From Bacteroidaceae bacterium (GTDB lineage Bacteria > Bacteroidota > Bacteroidia > Bacteroidales > Bacteroidaceae), in contig DAIRSI010000010.1 of assembly GCA_036804505.1 (NCBI GenBank), positions 32,552 through 96,551 on the forward strand: DNA of 64,000 nucleotides, given 5' to 3'. Below are positions 1-9,894 of the stretch, piece by piece. A program made the position numbers and the translations under genes. Each line of letters starts with the position of its first letter. The first letter of the stretch is position 1. The notes under the pieces were generated by a model. It did no database searches and had not been told where the DNA came from. It saw only the letters and a list, made by a program, of their open reading frames with translations.

Positions 1-986
1 GAATCGAACAAGGTGAGGTTGAATGTAGAAGTCTCTGCATGAATCATCATCTTGCATGCGCAATTGCAGAATTTGTTTTCTCCCTGATTCTTGCAGTCAC
101 CGTCGCAAGTAGGATTGTATTGCTTAACGATATCTGCCCATAACATGCGTGCTGCACGGAACTTGGCTATCTCCATGAAGTAGTTGGAGCTGATGCCGAA
201 ATTGAATTTGATTTTCTTTGCTGCCTTGGCTGCAGGAATTCCTGATTCAACCAATTGGTTCAGATATTCATTACCCCATGCCAATGCATAGCCTAATTCC
301 TGGCTGATGTATGAACCTGCATTGTTGAGCAGAGAAGCATTGACTGCTAAGCAGCGATACTTGGGAAGTGCACTCAGAACTTCAGCAAGTTCTTTGGCAG
401 TAGCTGCAAAATCACTCAAGTCTTTGCCCTTGGACATCATCTTGCCAATCGGGTCGTAATTGATAGAGCCTACCAGCTTGGTCAGGTCATAGCCTTGTTT
501 CTGGAAGTAAGCTACCAATATTTGAGCCAGTTCAACAGAATGTTTTTGGCAAGTGCAGAAATTCAATTCCACACATTCGGCACAAATACCTTTTAACAAA
601 GTCTCTACGAAGCTTTCGCTTACGTCTTTTCCTGAAATTCCAAAACAAATGGAATCTACACCGCGGTTCAACACGTCGAGAGCTTTGGCGTTGGCCTGAG
701 CTGCATCGGCAACTTGAATGTTCTGCCTGATGTACCACGCGTTATCATCCTTTTTTGTTCCTCTCAAATAAGGATAAACTCCTGGAAGAGCGTCGGTTGT
801 TTTCAGTCCTTCCAAGTCCTCTTTGCGATAAAAAGGCTTCACGTTGAATCCTTCGTTTGTTCTCCACACTAATCTCTTTTGGAAATCAGCGCCTTTCAGA
901 TCCACATTGATCTTGTCAAGCCACTCTTGGGTAGAGGGGGCAGTGAAGTCAGAAAAAAGTTTCTCTTTACTATTTACCATAGTCAT
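1..986 (-). CDS. mutA: methylmalonyl-CoA mutase small (beta) subunit, N-terminal ~328 codons; gene continues past the left edge
   Basis: Absent from the ORF track (no stop inside the window). My own minus-strand translation from ATG 986 (alt. ATG 980) gives MTMVNSKEKLFSDFTAPSTQEWLDKINVDLKGADFQKRLVWRTNEGFNVKPFYRKEDLEGL...YPYLRG...FRAARMLWA, open to nt 1. Recognised from memory as a Bacteroidales MutA-like N-terminus. Confidence 0.75.
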   Translation of the reverse strand, partial: MTMVNSKEKLFSDFTAPSTQEWLDKINVDLKGADFQKRLVWRTNEGFNVKPFYRKEDLEGLKTTDALPGVYPYLRGTKKDDNAWYIRQNIQVADAAQANAKALDVLNRGVDSICFGISGKDVSESFVETLLKGICAECVELNFCTCQKHSVELAQILVAYFQKQGYDLTKLVGSINYDPIGKMMSKGKDLSDFAATAKELAEVLSALPKYRCLAVNASLLNNAGSYISQELGYALAWGNEYLNQLVESGIPAAKAAKKIKFNFGISSNYFMEIAKFRAARMLWADIVKQYNPTCDGDCKNQGENKFCNCACKMMIHAETSTFNLTLFD

Positions 987-1023
987 TTTAATTAAGATTT
1001 TCTTATAGTTTCATAAAAACAAG

Positions 1024-1031
1024 CAAATTTA
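1024..1031 (-). promoter_or_regulatory. Bacteroides-type -7 promoter box (TAAATTTG on minus strand)
   Basis: CAAATTTA on + strand matches consensus TAnnTTTG on the minus strand, ~37 nt upstream of ATG 986. Confidence 0.45.
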
Positions 1032-1105
1032 CGAATAACATCCGACTGAGCAAAGAATATCTTGAAAAATAAGTAAGTTAAGTTGGTTAAATATACAAAT
1101 TTCAC

Positions 1106-1113
1106 TAATTTTG
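1106..1113 (+). promoter_or_regulatory. Bacteroides-type -7 promoter box TAATTTTG
   Basis: Matches TAnnTTTG, 23 nt upstream of ATG 1137. Confidence 0.5.
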
Positions 1114-1136
1114 CACCCGATTATAAAAGTTAGTTT

Positions 1137-2834
1137 ATGGAATGGTTAGAGACTTTGCTTAACGACCCGGATTCGGTGGCGCACATAGCTTTGCTGTATT
1201 CAGTTGTTATTGCAATAGGGATTTATTTGGGCAAGATTAAGATTTTCGGTATCAGCCTGGGAGTTACTTTTGTTTTGTTTGCAGGCATTATAGCCGGGCA
1301 TTTCGGATTTACCGGCAATTTGAAGATTCTTTCCTTTATACAGGATTTCGGATTGATTTTATTTGTCTTCTGCATCGGCTTGCAGGTAGGACCTTCGTTT
1401 TTCTCTTCCTTCAAAAAAGGGGGAATTTCGATGAATGTCATTGCCATGGGGATTATTTTCCTGAATATTGCAGTTGCCTTGATTTTGTATTACACATTAT
1501 TTGATACAAGCAATCCGCAGAATCTGCCTATGATGGTGGGAGTACTTTGCGGTGCCATCACCAATACTCCCGGCTTGGGTGCCGCATCCGAGGCCTTGGG
1601 ACAAGTATATAACAATCTGCATCCGGGTGTGGCTGTCCCCCAAATTGCTTCGGGATATGCCTGTGCCTATCCTTTGGGAGTCGTGGGTATTATTGCTGCT
1701 ACGGTTGCCATCCGCTACATTTGTAGAGTGAAGCTCGAGGATGAAGAAGCCGACTTGCGACGCCAGGAAGCCGAAAATCCTCATCTGAAACCGCATTTGA
1801 TGCATGTGGAGATGAATAACGATGCCTTGGTGGGCAAGACTTTGATGCAGGTGAAAGAATTCTTGGGACGTGAATTTGTTTGTTCCCGAATTCTTCAGAA
1901 CGGCCATGTGAGCATCCCTACCCGTGATACTATATTTCATAAAGGCGATCAACTGTATATCGTTTGCGCCGAAGATGATGCCGAACCTATCGTGGCATTC
2001 ATCGGTCCCGAAATAAAAGTGGATTGGGACAATCAGGATGTTCCGTTGGTAAGCCGGCGCATACTGATTACCCAGAGCAAAATTAATGGCAAGACTTTGG
2101 GACAGCTTCATTTCAGCAGTATGTATGGAGTGAATGTGACGCGTGTGAACCGTTCCGGTATGGATTTGTTTGCCAACAGGCACTTGGTTCTGCAGGTAGG
2201 CGACCGCGTGATGTGTGTAGGTCCTCAGGATGCTGTGGAACGTGTTGCCGGATTGCTTGGCAATTCCTTGAAACGTCTGGATCATCCCAATATTCTGATG
2301 ATATTTGTAGGCATCTTCATCGGTATTCTTTTCGGAAGTCTTCCCTTGGCTATACCGGGAATTCCTACTCCCGTGAAACTGGGTTTGGCGGGCGGTCCTT
2401 TGATCATTGCCATTCTTATAGGCCGATTCGGAAGCAAGATTCATCTGGTAACCTATACCACCATGAGTGCCAATCTCATGTTGCGTGAAATGGGACTGGT
2501 GCTGTTCCTTGCCAGTGTAGGAGTGAAGGCCGGTGCCAATTTTTTCCAGACTATCGTGAATGGTGACGGACTTTTGTATGTAGGTACAGGATTTCTGATA
2601 ACCATTCTGCCTATTCTTATCATGGGCATTGTTGCCCGCTGGCACTACAAACTCAATTATTTTACTTTGATGGGTCTGATTGCAGGAAGCACGACCGATC
2701 CTCCGGCTTTGGCTTTTGCCAATCAGACAGCCGGAAACGATGCCCCCGCTGTGGGTTATTCAACAGTCTATCCGTTGTCCATGTTCCTCCGCATTCTTAC
2801 TGCTCAGTTGTTGATATTGATTCTTTGCAGTTAA
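1137..2834 (+). CDS. YidE/YbjL-family (AAE, aspartate:alanine-exchanger-like) putative transporter with two central RCK_C/TrkA_C-like domains
   Basis: 565-aa ORF. Hydrophobic N- and C-terminal halves flank two soluble repeats (..[10 protein letters not shown].., ..[11 protein letters not shown]..), the architecture typical of this family. Confidence 0.8.
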   Translation: MEWLETLLNDPDSVAHIALLYSVVIAIGIYLGKIKIFGISLGVTFVLFAGIIAGHFGFTGNLKILSFIQDFGLILFVFCIGLQVGPSFFSSFKKGGISMNVIAMGIIFLNIAVALILYYTLFDTSNPQNLPMMVGVLCGAITNTPGLGAASEALGQVYNNLHPGVAVPQIASGYACAYPLGVVGIIAATVAIRYICRVKLEDEEADLRRQEAENPHLKPHLMHVEMNNDALVGKTLMQVKEFLGREFVCSRILQNGHVSIPTRDTIFHKGDQLYIVCAEDDAEPIVAFIGPEIKVDWDNQDVPLVSRRILITQSKINGKTLGQLHFSSMYGVNVTRVNRSGMDLFANRHLVLQVGDRVMCVGPQDAVERVAGLLGNSLKRLDHPNILMIFVGIFIGILFGSLPLAIPGIPTPVKLGLAGGPLIIAILIGRFGSKIHLVTYTTMSANLMLREMGLVLFLASVGVKAGANFFQTIVNGDGLLYVGTGFLITILPILIMGIVARWHYKLNYFTLMGLIAGSTTDPPALAFANQTAGNDAPAVGYSTVYPLSMFLRILTAQLLILILCS

Positions 2835-2871
2835 AATAAGGATGAATCCTTTTCAATTGGTTATTTGTTTG

Positions 2872-2879
2872 TATATTTG
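2872..2879 (+). promoter_or_regulatory. Bacteroides-type -7 promoter box TATATTTG
   Basis: Matches TAnnTTTG, 17 nt upstream of ATG 2897. Confidence 0.5.
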
Positions 2880-2896
2880 CAAAAACAACACAATTT

Positions 2897-4036
2897 ATGA
2901 AAACTTATTTAGTTACAGGTGCAGCCGGATTTATCGGCTCAAATTATATAAAATATATCCTCAGAGAACACAGTGATATTAAAATCGTCGTGCTCGATGC
3001 TTTGACGTATGCAGGCTTTTATGGCAACATAGCCGAAGATGTGGATAACGAACGTTGCTTTTTCATAAAAGGCGATATTTGTGATGCCGACTTGGTGAAG
3101 AGACTTTTTTCGGAATACAGGTTCGATTATGTGGTGAACTTTGCAGCGGAAACACATGTGGACCGCAGTATTGAAACACCCCAGTTGTTTTTACAGACCA
3201 ATATTCTGGGAACTCAGAACCTGCTCGAAATATCCAAGCAAGCCTGGGTCACAGGCAAAGACGAAGCCGGATATCCTACTTGGCAGAAAGGTGTCCGTTT
3301 TCATCAGGTTTCTACGGATGAAGTTTATGGCTCGCTGGGTGCCGAAGGATATTTCACGGAAAATACTCCACTGCAGCCTCACAGTCCCTACAGTGCCTCG
3401 AAGACAAGTGCCGATTTGGTTGTCAATGCCTATCGGGATACATACAAGATGCCTGTTTCAATAACCCGATGCTCCAACAACTATGGTCCTTATCAGTTCC
3501 CTGAAAAGCTGATACCATTGATGATCAATAATATACTTTCGGGAAAGAAACTCCCCGTTTACGGACAGGGAACGAACGTGCGCGACTGGCTCTATGTGGA
3601 AGATCATTGCAAGGCCATCGATATGGTTATCAACCATGGAAAGGCCGGAGAAGTTTACAATGTGGGAGGACATAACGAGAAACAGAACATAGAGATTGTC
3701 AGAATCATGATTCAGACGATTCGTCAGATAATGGAGGAGGATTCCGACAAACGCTTGTTGCTGAAGAAAAAAGAAATGGATGAAGCAGGCGGTATCCGCG
3801 TTGACTGGATTAATGAAAATCTGATTAATTACGTAAAGGACCGTTTGGGGCACGACCAGCGTTATGCCATAGATCCAACCAAAATAAAGAATGACTTGGG
3901 ATGGTATCCCGAAACAAACTTCGAAACAGGCATTGTGAAAACCATTCGCTGGTATTTGGATAATCAGGAATGGATGAACCAGCTGACAAACGGTGATTAC
4001 CAGCGCTATTACGAAGAAATGTACGGAAACAGATAA
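2897..4036 (+). CDS. rfbB: dTDP-glucose 4,6-dehydratase
   Basis: 379 aa. N-terminal Rossmann motif TGAAGFIGS, catalytic SPYSASKTSADL (YxxxK), end-to-end RmlB-like pattern. Confidence 0.93.
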   Translation: MKTYLVTGAAGFIGSNYIKYILREHSDIKIVVLDALTYAGFYGNIAEDVDNERCFFIKGDICDADLVKRLFSEYRFDYVVNFAAETHVDRSIETPQLFLQTNILGTQNLLEISKQAWVTGKDEAGYPTWQKGVRFHQVSTDEVYGSLGAEGYFTENTPLQPHSPYSASKTSADLVVNAYRDTYKMPVSITRCSNNYGPYQFPEKLIPLMINNILSGKKLPVYGQGTNVRDWLYVEDHCKAIDMVINHGKAGEVYNVGGHNEKQNIEIVRIMIQTIRQIMEEDSDKRLLLKKKEMDEAGGIRVDWINENLINYVKDRLGHDQRYAIDPTKIKNDLGWYPETNFETGIVKTIRWYLDNQEWMNQLTNGDYQRYYEEMYGNR

Positions 4037-4052
4037 ACAAAAAGAGCCCGCC

Positions 4053-4544
4053 TTAACCGGCGAGCTCGACTACTTCCAAATCTTTGAAAACCCCGTTGTC
4101 GATGGTGAAGCGAACCAAGGTGCGGGTCTTGTGGAATCCATAGATTCCGGCAGCGCCCGGATTGATATGGAGCATATTCAGCGTTTTGTCATATTTTACT
4201 TTCAGGATATGTGAATGTCCGCTGATGAATAGTTTGGGCGGATGAACAAAGAGGCTGGCACGGATGCTGGAATCATAATTCCCCGGATACCCGCCTATAT
4301 GCTTGATAAGGACTTCCGTATTATCCACGGTGAAACGGTTCACTTGCGGATAGATTTTCCGGATTTCCTGTCCGTCGATATTTCCATATACAGCCCTGAA
4401 CGGTCTGAAAGCCGATAATTTTTCAGCTATTTCGAGAGAACCGATATCTCCTGCATGCCATATTTCATCGCAGGATTCAAAGTATTTCAGGTACTTTTCG
4501 TCCCAATAAGCATGCGTATCGGATAATAAACCTATTCTTTTCAT
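4053..4544 (-). CDS. metallophosphoesterase, YfcE/MJ0936 family
   Basis: Motifs GLLSDTH, HAGD, GNIDG, SGHSH. The track ORF starts at a TTG (4568); I prefer ATG 4544 (MKRIGLLSDTH). Confidence 0.85.
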   Translation of the reverse strand: MKRIGLLSDTHAYWDEKYLKYFESCDEIWHAGDIGSLEIAEKLSAFRPFRAVYGNIDGQEIRKIYPQVNRFTVDNTEVLIKHIGGYPGNYDSSIRASLFVHPPKLFISGHSHILKVKYDKTLNMLHINPGAAGIYGFHKTRTLVRFTIDNGVFKDLEVVELAG

Positions 4545-4565
4545 GATTTTTTTGCTTTTATTCCA

Positions 4566-4573
4566 CAAAATTA
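4566..4573 (-). promoter_or_regulatory. Bacteroides-type -7 box (TAATTTTG on minus strand)
   Basis: CAAAATTA on + strand, ~21 nt upstream of ATG 4544. Sits back-to-back with the + strand box at 4575. Confidence 0.45.
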
Positions 4574-4574
4574 C

Positions 4575-4582
4575 TATTTTTG
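4575..4582 (+). promoter_or_regulatory. Bacteroides-type -7 box TATTTTTG
   Basis: Matches TAnnTTTG, 21 nt upstream of ATG 4604. It overlaps the TTG start used by the ORF track (4580), which argues against that start. Confidence 0.5.
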
Positions 4583-4603
4583 TTTCATAACCCGAATCGA
4601 AAG

Positions 4604-6688
4604 ATGGAAAACAAATATAGATTTTTTAAAAGAGACATTAGCTGGCTATCCTTCAATTACAGAGTTCTACTGGAAGCTGAAGATGAAAATCTGCCCTTGT
4701 ACGAGCGGATTAATTTCATATCCATATACACTTCCAATCTGGAAGAATTCTACAAGGTAAGAGTGGCCGACCAAATAGCTCTTGCCATGGGATTGGTGCG
4801 TGATGAGGCTTCCACTGCGGAAGATGCCGCCGAAACACTGGCTGAAATCAATAAGGAGGTGAAAAGGCAGGGCTTGCAGCGCAAGAGCATCTACAAGAAT
4901 CTGATTCTGCCCGAAATGCGCAAGCAGAAGATTATTTTCTATCAAAACCGGCAGGAAGTGGAACCCGTGCATGTTCCTTTTATTTCCAATTTCTTTCGGG
5001 AAGAAATCTTTCCTTTCCTGCAACCTGTGCCGGCGCGCAGGGATAAGTTCCATACATTTATCAGGGACAACCGTCTGTACATGGCAATCCGGCTGAAACC
5101 CAAAAACAAGGAGAGGGATCCGTATGAATATTTCTATTTCAAATTACCATACAGCAAGGTGCCTCGTTTCATTGAACTGCCTAAGTCCAACGGATATTAT
5201 TATCTGATGTTCATAGAAGATATCATCAAGATGAATGTGGATTATCTGTTCCCCGGTTATGACGTGGACAGTCAGTACTGTTTCAAAATATCCCGTGATG
5301 CGGATATTTACATTGACGATGTGATTACAAGGCCCGGTGCTGAAAACGAGATGGCAGATCAGCTGAAAATGAAAGTCAGCAAGCGCAAGATAGGGGCTGT
5401 GTGCCGTTTTGTTTATGACAGTTTTATGCCTCAGGACTTTCTGGAATGCCTGTCGAAGGCCCTGGATATAGATTCGAAGGAATGGGTTCCCGGTGACCGC
5501 CACTTGAATTTGGAGGATTTGTCTTCTTTGCCTTGTCCGAGGCCGGAATTGAAATCCGTTCACAAGCCGGGTCCTCTCAAACTATCCAATCTGAAGGAAA
5601 GAGGTTCGGTGTTCCGCCGGGTGAATCGTCATGACTTGTTGCTGTTCTATCCGTATCATTCTTTCAATCATTTCATTGATTTCCTTTATGAGGCTGTGCA
5701 TGATCCTGCCTGCAAGGAAATCATGCTTACTCAATATAGGGTGGCTGAAAATTCGGCAGTCATCAACACGTTGATAGCTGCTGCCCAAAATGGGAAGAAG
5801 GTGACGGTATTCGTAGAGCTGAAGGCCCGTTTCGATGAGGAGAACAATTTGACGACTGCCAAAATGATGGAGGCTGCAGGTATCCATATCATCTTCAGTA
5901 TTCCTAAATTGAAGGTCCATGCCAAAGTGGCGTTGGTTCTTCGCAGGGATAAGGAGGGGAAGCTTTTGAGAAGTTACGGATATATCAGTACCGGTAATTT
6001 CAATGAAGACACGGCACGGGTTTATGCCGATGCAGGTCTGTTCGTCACGAATCCTACGTTGATAAATGATTTGCACAATCTGTTCTTGGTGTTGCAGAGG
6101 AAAGTGGAACAGCCTGTGTTCAAGAGTCTTTTGGTTGCCCGTTTCAATTTGATACCTTGCCTGAAAAAGATGATACAGAATGAAATTCGCCTTGCGCAAG
6201 TCGGTCTTGGAGGTAGAATCATCTTGAAAATGAATGCTTTGCAGGATCCTCTCATGATAGAGGAACTTTATAAGGCAAGTGAGGCTGGAGTGCAGATAGA
6301 TTTGATAGTACGGGGAATATGTTGCCTGATACCCGGACAGGAGTTCAGTAGGAACATACGCATCACTCGCATAGTCGATAGCTTTTTGGAGCATGCCCGC
6401 GTATGGTATTTCGGCAATAACGGAAGGCCCCGAGTCTTTTTAGGTTCACCGGATTGGATGCGCAGGAATCTTTATCGCCGTATCGAAGCCGTGACGCCGG
6501 TTCTGCAAAGGGATACGAAGCAGCAATTGATTGATATGCTGGATATTGAGCTGAAAGACAATGTGAAGGCTTGCTGGATTGATGAAAACCTCCAGAACAA
6601 CTTCAAGATTCCAGCACCCGGAGAGGAGCGCATCCGGTCTCAGTATGCCTTTTATGAATATTTGAGAAAGCGGAAAGATCAGGACTGA
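4604..6688 (+). CDS. ppk: polyphosphate kinase 1
   Basis: About 694 aa from ATG 4604. N-terminal FFKRDISWLSFNYRVLLEA, phosphohistidine region and two PLD-like C-terminal domains (..KLKVHAKVALV..). Confidence 0.93.
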   Translation: MENKYRFFKRDISWLSFNYRVLLEAEDENLPLYERINFISIYTSNLEEFYKVRVADQIALAMGLVRDEASTAEDAAETLAEINKEVKRQGLQRKSIYKNLILPEMRKQKIIFYQNRQEVEPVHVPFISNFFREEIFPFLQPVPARRDKFHTFIRDNRLYMAIRLKPKNKERDPYEYFYFKLPYSKVPRFIELPKSNGYYYLMFIEDIIKMNVDYLFPGYDVDSQYCFKISRDADIYIDDVITRPGAENEMADQLKMKVSKRKIGAVCRFVYDSFMPQDFLECLSKALDIDSKEWVPGDRHLNLEDLSSLPCPRPELKSVHKPGPLKLSNLKERGSVFRRVNRHDLLLFYPYHSFNHFIDFLYEAVHDPACKEIMLTQYRVAENSAVINTLIAAAQNGKKVTVFVELKARFDEENNLTTAKMMEAAGIHIIFSIPKLKVHAKVALVLRRDKEGKLLRSYGYISTGNFNEDTARVYADAGLFVTNPTLINDLHNLFLVLQRKVEQPVFKSLLVARFNLIPCLKKMIQNEIRLAQVGLGGRIILKMNALQDPLMIEELYKASEAGVQIDLIVRGICCLIPGQEFSRNIRITRIVDSFLEHARVWYFGNNGRPRVFLGSPDWMRRNLYRRIEAVTPVLQRDTKQQLIDMLDIELKDNVKACWIDENLQNNFKIPAPGEERIRSQYAFYEYLRKRKDQD

Positions 6689-7311
6689 ATCCCGAGTTTC
6701 TCTCTGATGAATTCCTCGCAGAAATCAGCAGTCTTCTCCAGACCCAGTACCGAAGAGTTGATGCATAGATGGTATGTCTCCGCAGAACCCCATTCCCTGT
6801 TGCTGTAGTAATTATAGAAAGAGGCTCTTTTCTTGTTGCCTTTTTCCATTAAATTCTGAATCTGGCTTTCGTTCATTTCCGGATATCTTGTTTTCAGCCT
6901 TTCCATACAGTCCTTTTCATCTGCACTGATGAATATGTTCACACAGCGTGGATTCTCGCGCAGCACATAGTCGGCGCAGCGGCCAATGAAAATGCACGAT
7001 TCTTTTTCGGCAATGTGGCGGATAGCCTCACTCTGGAAGCTGAACAAAGAGTCATTGGTGAGATAGCAGTCGTACATCCCGTTGCCTATGAGCGGCAGGC
7101 GGAACCCGAAATAATTGCTGCCCCTGTGGTTGGATGCCGTTTCATCAGCCTTTTCGAAGAATTCCTTTCCGAACCCGCTTTCCTTTGCGGCTATATCCAG
7201 CAATTCTTTGTCGTAGAACGATATATGAAACTTCTCAGAGAGAATCTTTGCTATGGATTTTCCTCCACTGCCCAATTGGCGACCGATGTTGATGACAAAA
7301 TGTTCGTTCAT
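6679..7311 (-). CDS. cytidylate kinase-like family protein (P-loop NTPase)
   Basis: 210 aa. N-terminal INIGRQLGSGG P-loop-like motif, with the size and pattern of the Bacteroidales cytidylate-kinase-like family. 10-nt convergent overlap with the ppk stop. Confidence 0.72.
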   Translation of the reverse strand: MNEHFVINIGRQLGSGGKSIAKILSEKFHISFYDKELLDIAAKESGFGKEFFEKADETASNHRGSNYFGFRLPLIGNGMYDCYLTNDSLFSFQSEAIRHIAEKESCIFIGRCADYVLRENPRCVNIFISADEKDCMERLKTRYPEMNESQIQNLMEKGNKKRASFYNYYSNREWGSAETYHLCINSSVLGLEKTADFCEEFIREKLGIQS

Positions 7312-7336
7312 ATATGTAGATGTATTGATTGGTTAT

Positions 7337-8707
7337 TCATGATAAAGGTTGTATGGATTCAGCATGATTCCGGAATATTCTGAATTGCCTGATGAGGAAG
7401 AATCCCGCTACCAAAGCAGCCATTGTATCCGATACGGGCATGCTGAGCCACACTCCGTTCAAAGCGAAGAGCGGCGGCAGAAATATCAGTCCCGGAAGCA
7501 GGAACAGCAGTTGTCTGGTCAGTGACAGGAAGATGGCTATCTTGGCCATGCCTATACTTTGGAAGAAATTCGTGGTAACCATCTGGAAGCCGATGATGGG
7601 GAATGCGGCAAAAGAAATCCTCATGGCATTTGTCGAAATCTCTATCAGGGTCTTGTCCGAGGTGAAGATGGCACACACGGGAGCCGGAATAAGTTCGCCG
7701 ATGAGGAAACCGGTCAAAGTGATGAGGGTAGCCCCTCCGATGGTCAGTTTCAACACTTTGGTGACTCGAGGATACTGTTTGGCTCCGAAATTGAATCCCG
7801 CAATAGGTTGCATGCCTTGGTTCAGTCCCATCACAATCATGACAAAGACGAAGGCAATGCGCGCCGTAATGCCGTAGGCACCGATGGCGAGGTCGCCCCC
7901 GTACTGATGCAGGCGGTTGTTCACCAGAATCACGATAAAGCAGGCGGTCAGGTTCATCAGGAAAGGAGACAAACCTATGGCAATGGTGTCACGCACTATC
8001 TTCTTGTCCAATCGATAAGTACCTTTTTCCAGATGGATAAGCTCCTTCTGGTTGGAGAAGATGACCAATTGCCAAACCATGGATACTATTTCGGCAAGGA
8101 TGGTGGCTATGGCGGCACCTTGCACTCCCCATCCGAATACATAGATGAACAGGGGGTCGAGGGCAGTGTTGAGCAGCTCCGCCACTATCGTGGCATACAT
8201 GGCTTGGCGCGGATGCCCCGAAGCCCGAAGCATCGCATTCAGTCCCATATACATGTGACTGAACACATTACCCAGAAGAATTACCACCATATAGTCTCGT
8301 GCATAAGGCAGCGTTGCACTGCTGGCACCGAAGAAATACAGAATAGGGTCAAGGAATATCAGGCATACCACACTGAAGAGAATGCCGATGATGAGATTCA
8401 GCGTGACGACATTCCCCAGAACTTTCTTTGCCGAAGCATAGTCTTTCTGTCCCAGGCGTACCGATACCAGTGTGGAAGCACCCACGCCCACCATGGCACC
8501 GAATGCCGCAGCAAGGTTCATGAATGGAAAAGTGATTGCCAGTCCTGAAATGGCCATGGCACCTACTCCTTGTCCGATGAATATACTGTCGACCATATTG
8601 TACAAGGACGAGGCTGTCATTGCTATGATGGCCGGGATTGCATATTGCATCAGTAGTTTTCCTACTTTTTGTGTCCCGAGTTCCGTTGCTGCTCCTTTTA
8701 TAGCCAT
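7337..8707 (-). CDS. MATE family efflux transporter
   Basis: 456 aa, about 12 hydrophobic segments. The N-terminus ..GKLLMQYAIPAIIAM.. is typical of MatE repeats. Confidence 0.9.
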   Translation of the reverse strand: MAIKGAATELGTQKVGKLLMQYAIPAIIAMTASSLYNMVDSIFIGQGVGAMAISGLAITFPFMNLAAAFGAMVGVGASTLVSVRLGQKDYASAKKVLGNVVTLNLIIGILFSVVCLIFLDPILYFFGASSATLPYARDYMVVILLGNVFSHMYMGLNAMLRASGHPRQAMYATIVAELLNTALDPLFIYVFGWGVQGAAIATILAEIVSMVWQLVIFSNQKELIHLEKGTYRLDKKIVRDTIAIGLSPFLMNLTACFIVILVNNRLHQYGGDLAIGAYGITARIAFVFVMIVMGLNQGMQPIAGFNFGAKQYPRVTKVLKLTIGGATLITLTGFLIGELIPAPVCAIFTSDKTLIEISTNAMRISFAAFPIIGFQMVTTNFFQSIGMAKIAIFLSLTRQLLFLLPGLIFLPPLFALNGVWLSMPVSDTMAALVAGFFLIRQFRIFRNHAESIQPLS

Positions 8708-8726
8708 ATCTTTATTTTTCTGATTG

Positions 8727-8734
8727 CAAAGGTA
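8727..8734 (-). promoter_or_regulatory. Bacteroides-type -7 box (TACCTTTG on minus strand)
   Basis: CAAAGGTA on + strand, ~19 nt upstream of ATG 8707. Confidence 0.45.
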
Positions 8735-8756
8735 CTGCTTTTTCTTTTTCTTTTGT

Positions 8757-8764
8757 TACCTTTG
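8757..8764 (+). promoter_or_regulatory. Bacteroides-type -7 box TACCTTTG
   Basis: Matches TAnnTTTG inside the TTG-extended track ORF. It lies 7 nt before ATG 8772 and 22 nt before ATG 8787. Confidence 0.45.
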
Positions 8765-8771
8765 CCAAAAG

Positions 8772-9890
8772 ATGAGTGAAAAAAATATGAACGATAAAAG
8801 GGTTTTGGTAGGAATGAGCGGTGGCATAGACAGCAGTGCCACATGTCTGATGCTGCAGGAGCAGGGCTATGAAGTAGTCGGAGTGACCATGCGCACCTAC
8901 GATTCTCCTTCAAAATTCAAGCAATACGGCAAGTCGCAGCCGGATTATGTTGTCGAAGCGAAATTACTGGCAAAGAAGCTTGGAATAGAGCATCATGTGG
9001 CCGATTTGAGAAAGACTTTCCAAAAGAAAATCATTGCTTCCTTCGTGAATGAATACCTGGAGGGACGCACTCCTAATCCTTGTGTCCTTTGCAACCCTCT
9101 GTTCAAGTTCAAAATGCTTGCAGATTGGGCCGACAAGCTGGATTGCGCCTATATATCGACGGGTCATTATTCCCGAATCGTGCGATACAGAGACCGGACT
9201 TACATAGAAATGGGGGATGACCCCAAGAAGGACCAGAGCTATTTCCTCTGGAGGCTTGGTCAGGACGTTCTCAACCGCTGTCTGTTCCCTTTGGGGGGAT
9301 GGACAAAAGCGCAGGTAAGGGATTATCTGCTCGAAAAAGGTTTTGAAGCCAAGTCCAGGGAAGGCGAAAGCATGGAAGTGTGCTTTATAGAAGGCGATTA
9401 CCGTGATTTTATCCGTGAGCAGGTTCCGGATATCGACACCCGGGTGGGCGAAGGGAATTTTGTGGATGAACAAGGACGCAAGATAGGCAGACATAAAGGA
9501 TATCCCTACTATACCATTGGACAAAGGAAAGGTTTGGAAATCGCTTTGGGGCAACCGGCTTATGTGCTCAAGTTGAATTCCGAAAAGAATACGGTCATGT
9601 TGGGTTCCGCGGAAAGTCTGAAGGCAGAATATATGCTGGTGGAGAACATGATGGCGGTGAATTCGAACGAAATATTCGGTGGGGAAAATGTCTCCGTACG
9701 CATACGCTACCATGGAGAGCCAATTCCCTGCACGGTGAGTAAACTGGATGACGGGCGCGAACTGGTTCATTTCTTGAGCGAGGCATCGGCTGTTACGCCG
9801 GGACAGAGTGCCGTGTTCTATTGCGGCAAGAGGCTTTTGGGCGGGGCTTTCATAGCTTCGCAGCGAGGCATCGGAATGTTTATCAAATAG
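8772..9890 (+). CDS. mnmA: tRNA 2-thiouridine(34) synthase MnmA
   Basis: PP-loop [10 protein letters not shown], ..TPNPCVLCN.., full-length MnmA pattern. The start is uncertain: ATG 8772 or ATG 8787. The track start 8724 is a TTG running through the promoter. Confidence 0.9.
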   Translation: MSEKNMNDKRVLVGMSGGIDSSATCLMLQEQGYEVVGVTMRTYDSPSKFKQYGKSQPDYVVEAKLLAKKLGIEHHVADLRKTFQKKIIASFVNEYLEGRTPNPCVLCNPLFKFKMLADWADKLDCAYISTGHYSRIVRYRDRTYIEMGDDPKKDQSYFLWRLGQDVLNRCLFPLGGWTKAQVRDYLLEKGFEAKSREGESMEVCFIEGDYRDFIREQVPDIDTRVGEGNFVDEQGRKIGRHKGYPYYTIGQRKGLEIALGQPAYVLKLNSEKNTVMLGSAESLKAEYMLVENMMAVNSNEIFGGENVSVRIRYHGEPIPCTVSKLDDGRELVHFLSEASAVTPGQSAVFYCGKRLLGGAFIASQRGIGMFIK

Positions 9891-9894
9891 ACCT

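Noticed and set aside
532-738. 68-aa minus-strand ORF listed in the track.
   Set aside because: It lies in a different frame inside the well-supported mutA reading frame, which is open from 986 to nt 1. Its Arg/Cys-rich product has no features.
1497-2645. 382-aa minus-strand ORF inside the YidE/YbjL-like transporter gene. Similar long antisense ORFs occur at 5582-6394, 8964-10097, 9913-11211, 12605-13282, 13637-14419, 23853-24698 and 57120-58028.
   Set aside because: Each lies opposite a gene with clear family motifs. Their translations are low-complexity (His/Gln/Arg-rich) with no recognisable domains. These are typical shadow ORFs of GC-biased third positions.
4580-4603. TTG/alternative-start extensions used by the ORF track, here and at 8724, 13313, 18160, 22182, 33129, 35094, 54715 and 56973.
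   Set aside because: In most cases the extension overlaps a TAnnTTTG promoter box or an operator-like palindrome, and a nearby ATG gives the canonical family N-terminus. ATG starts were preferred, with the uncertainty stated in each feature.
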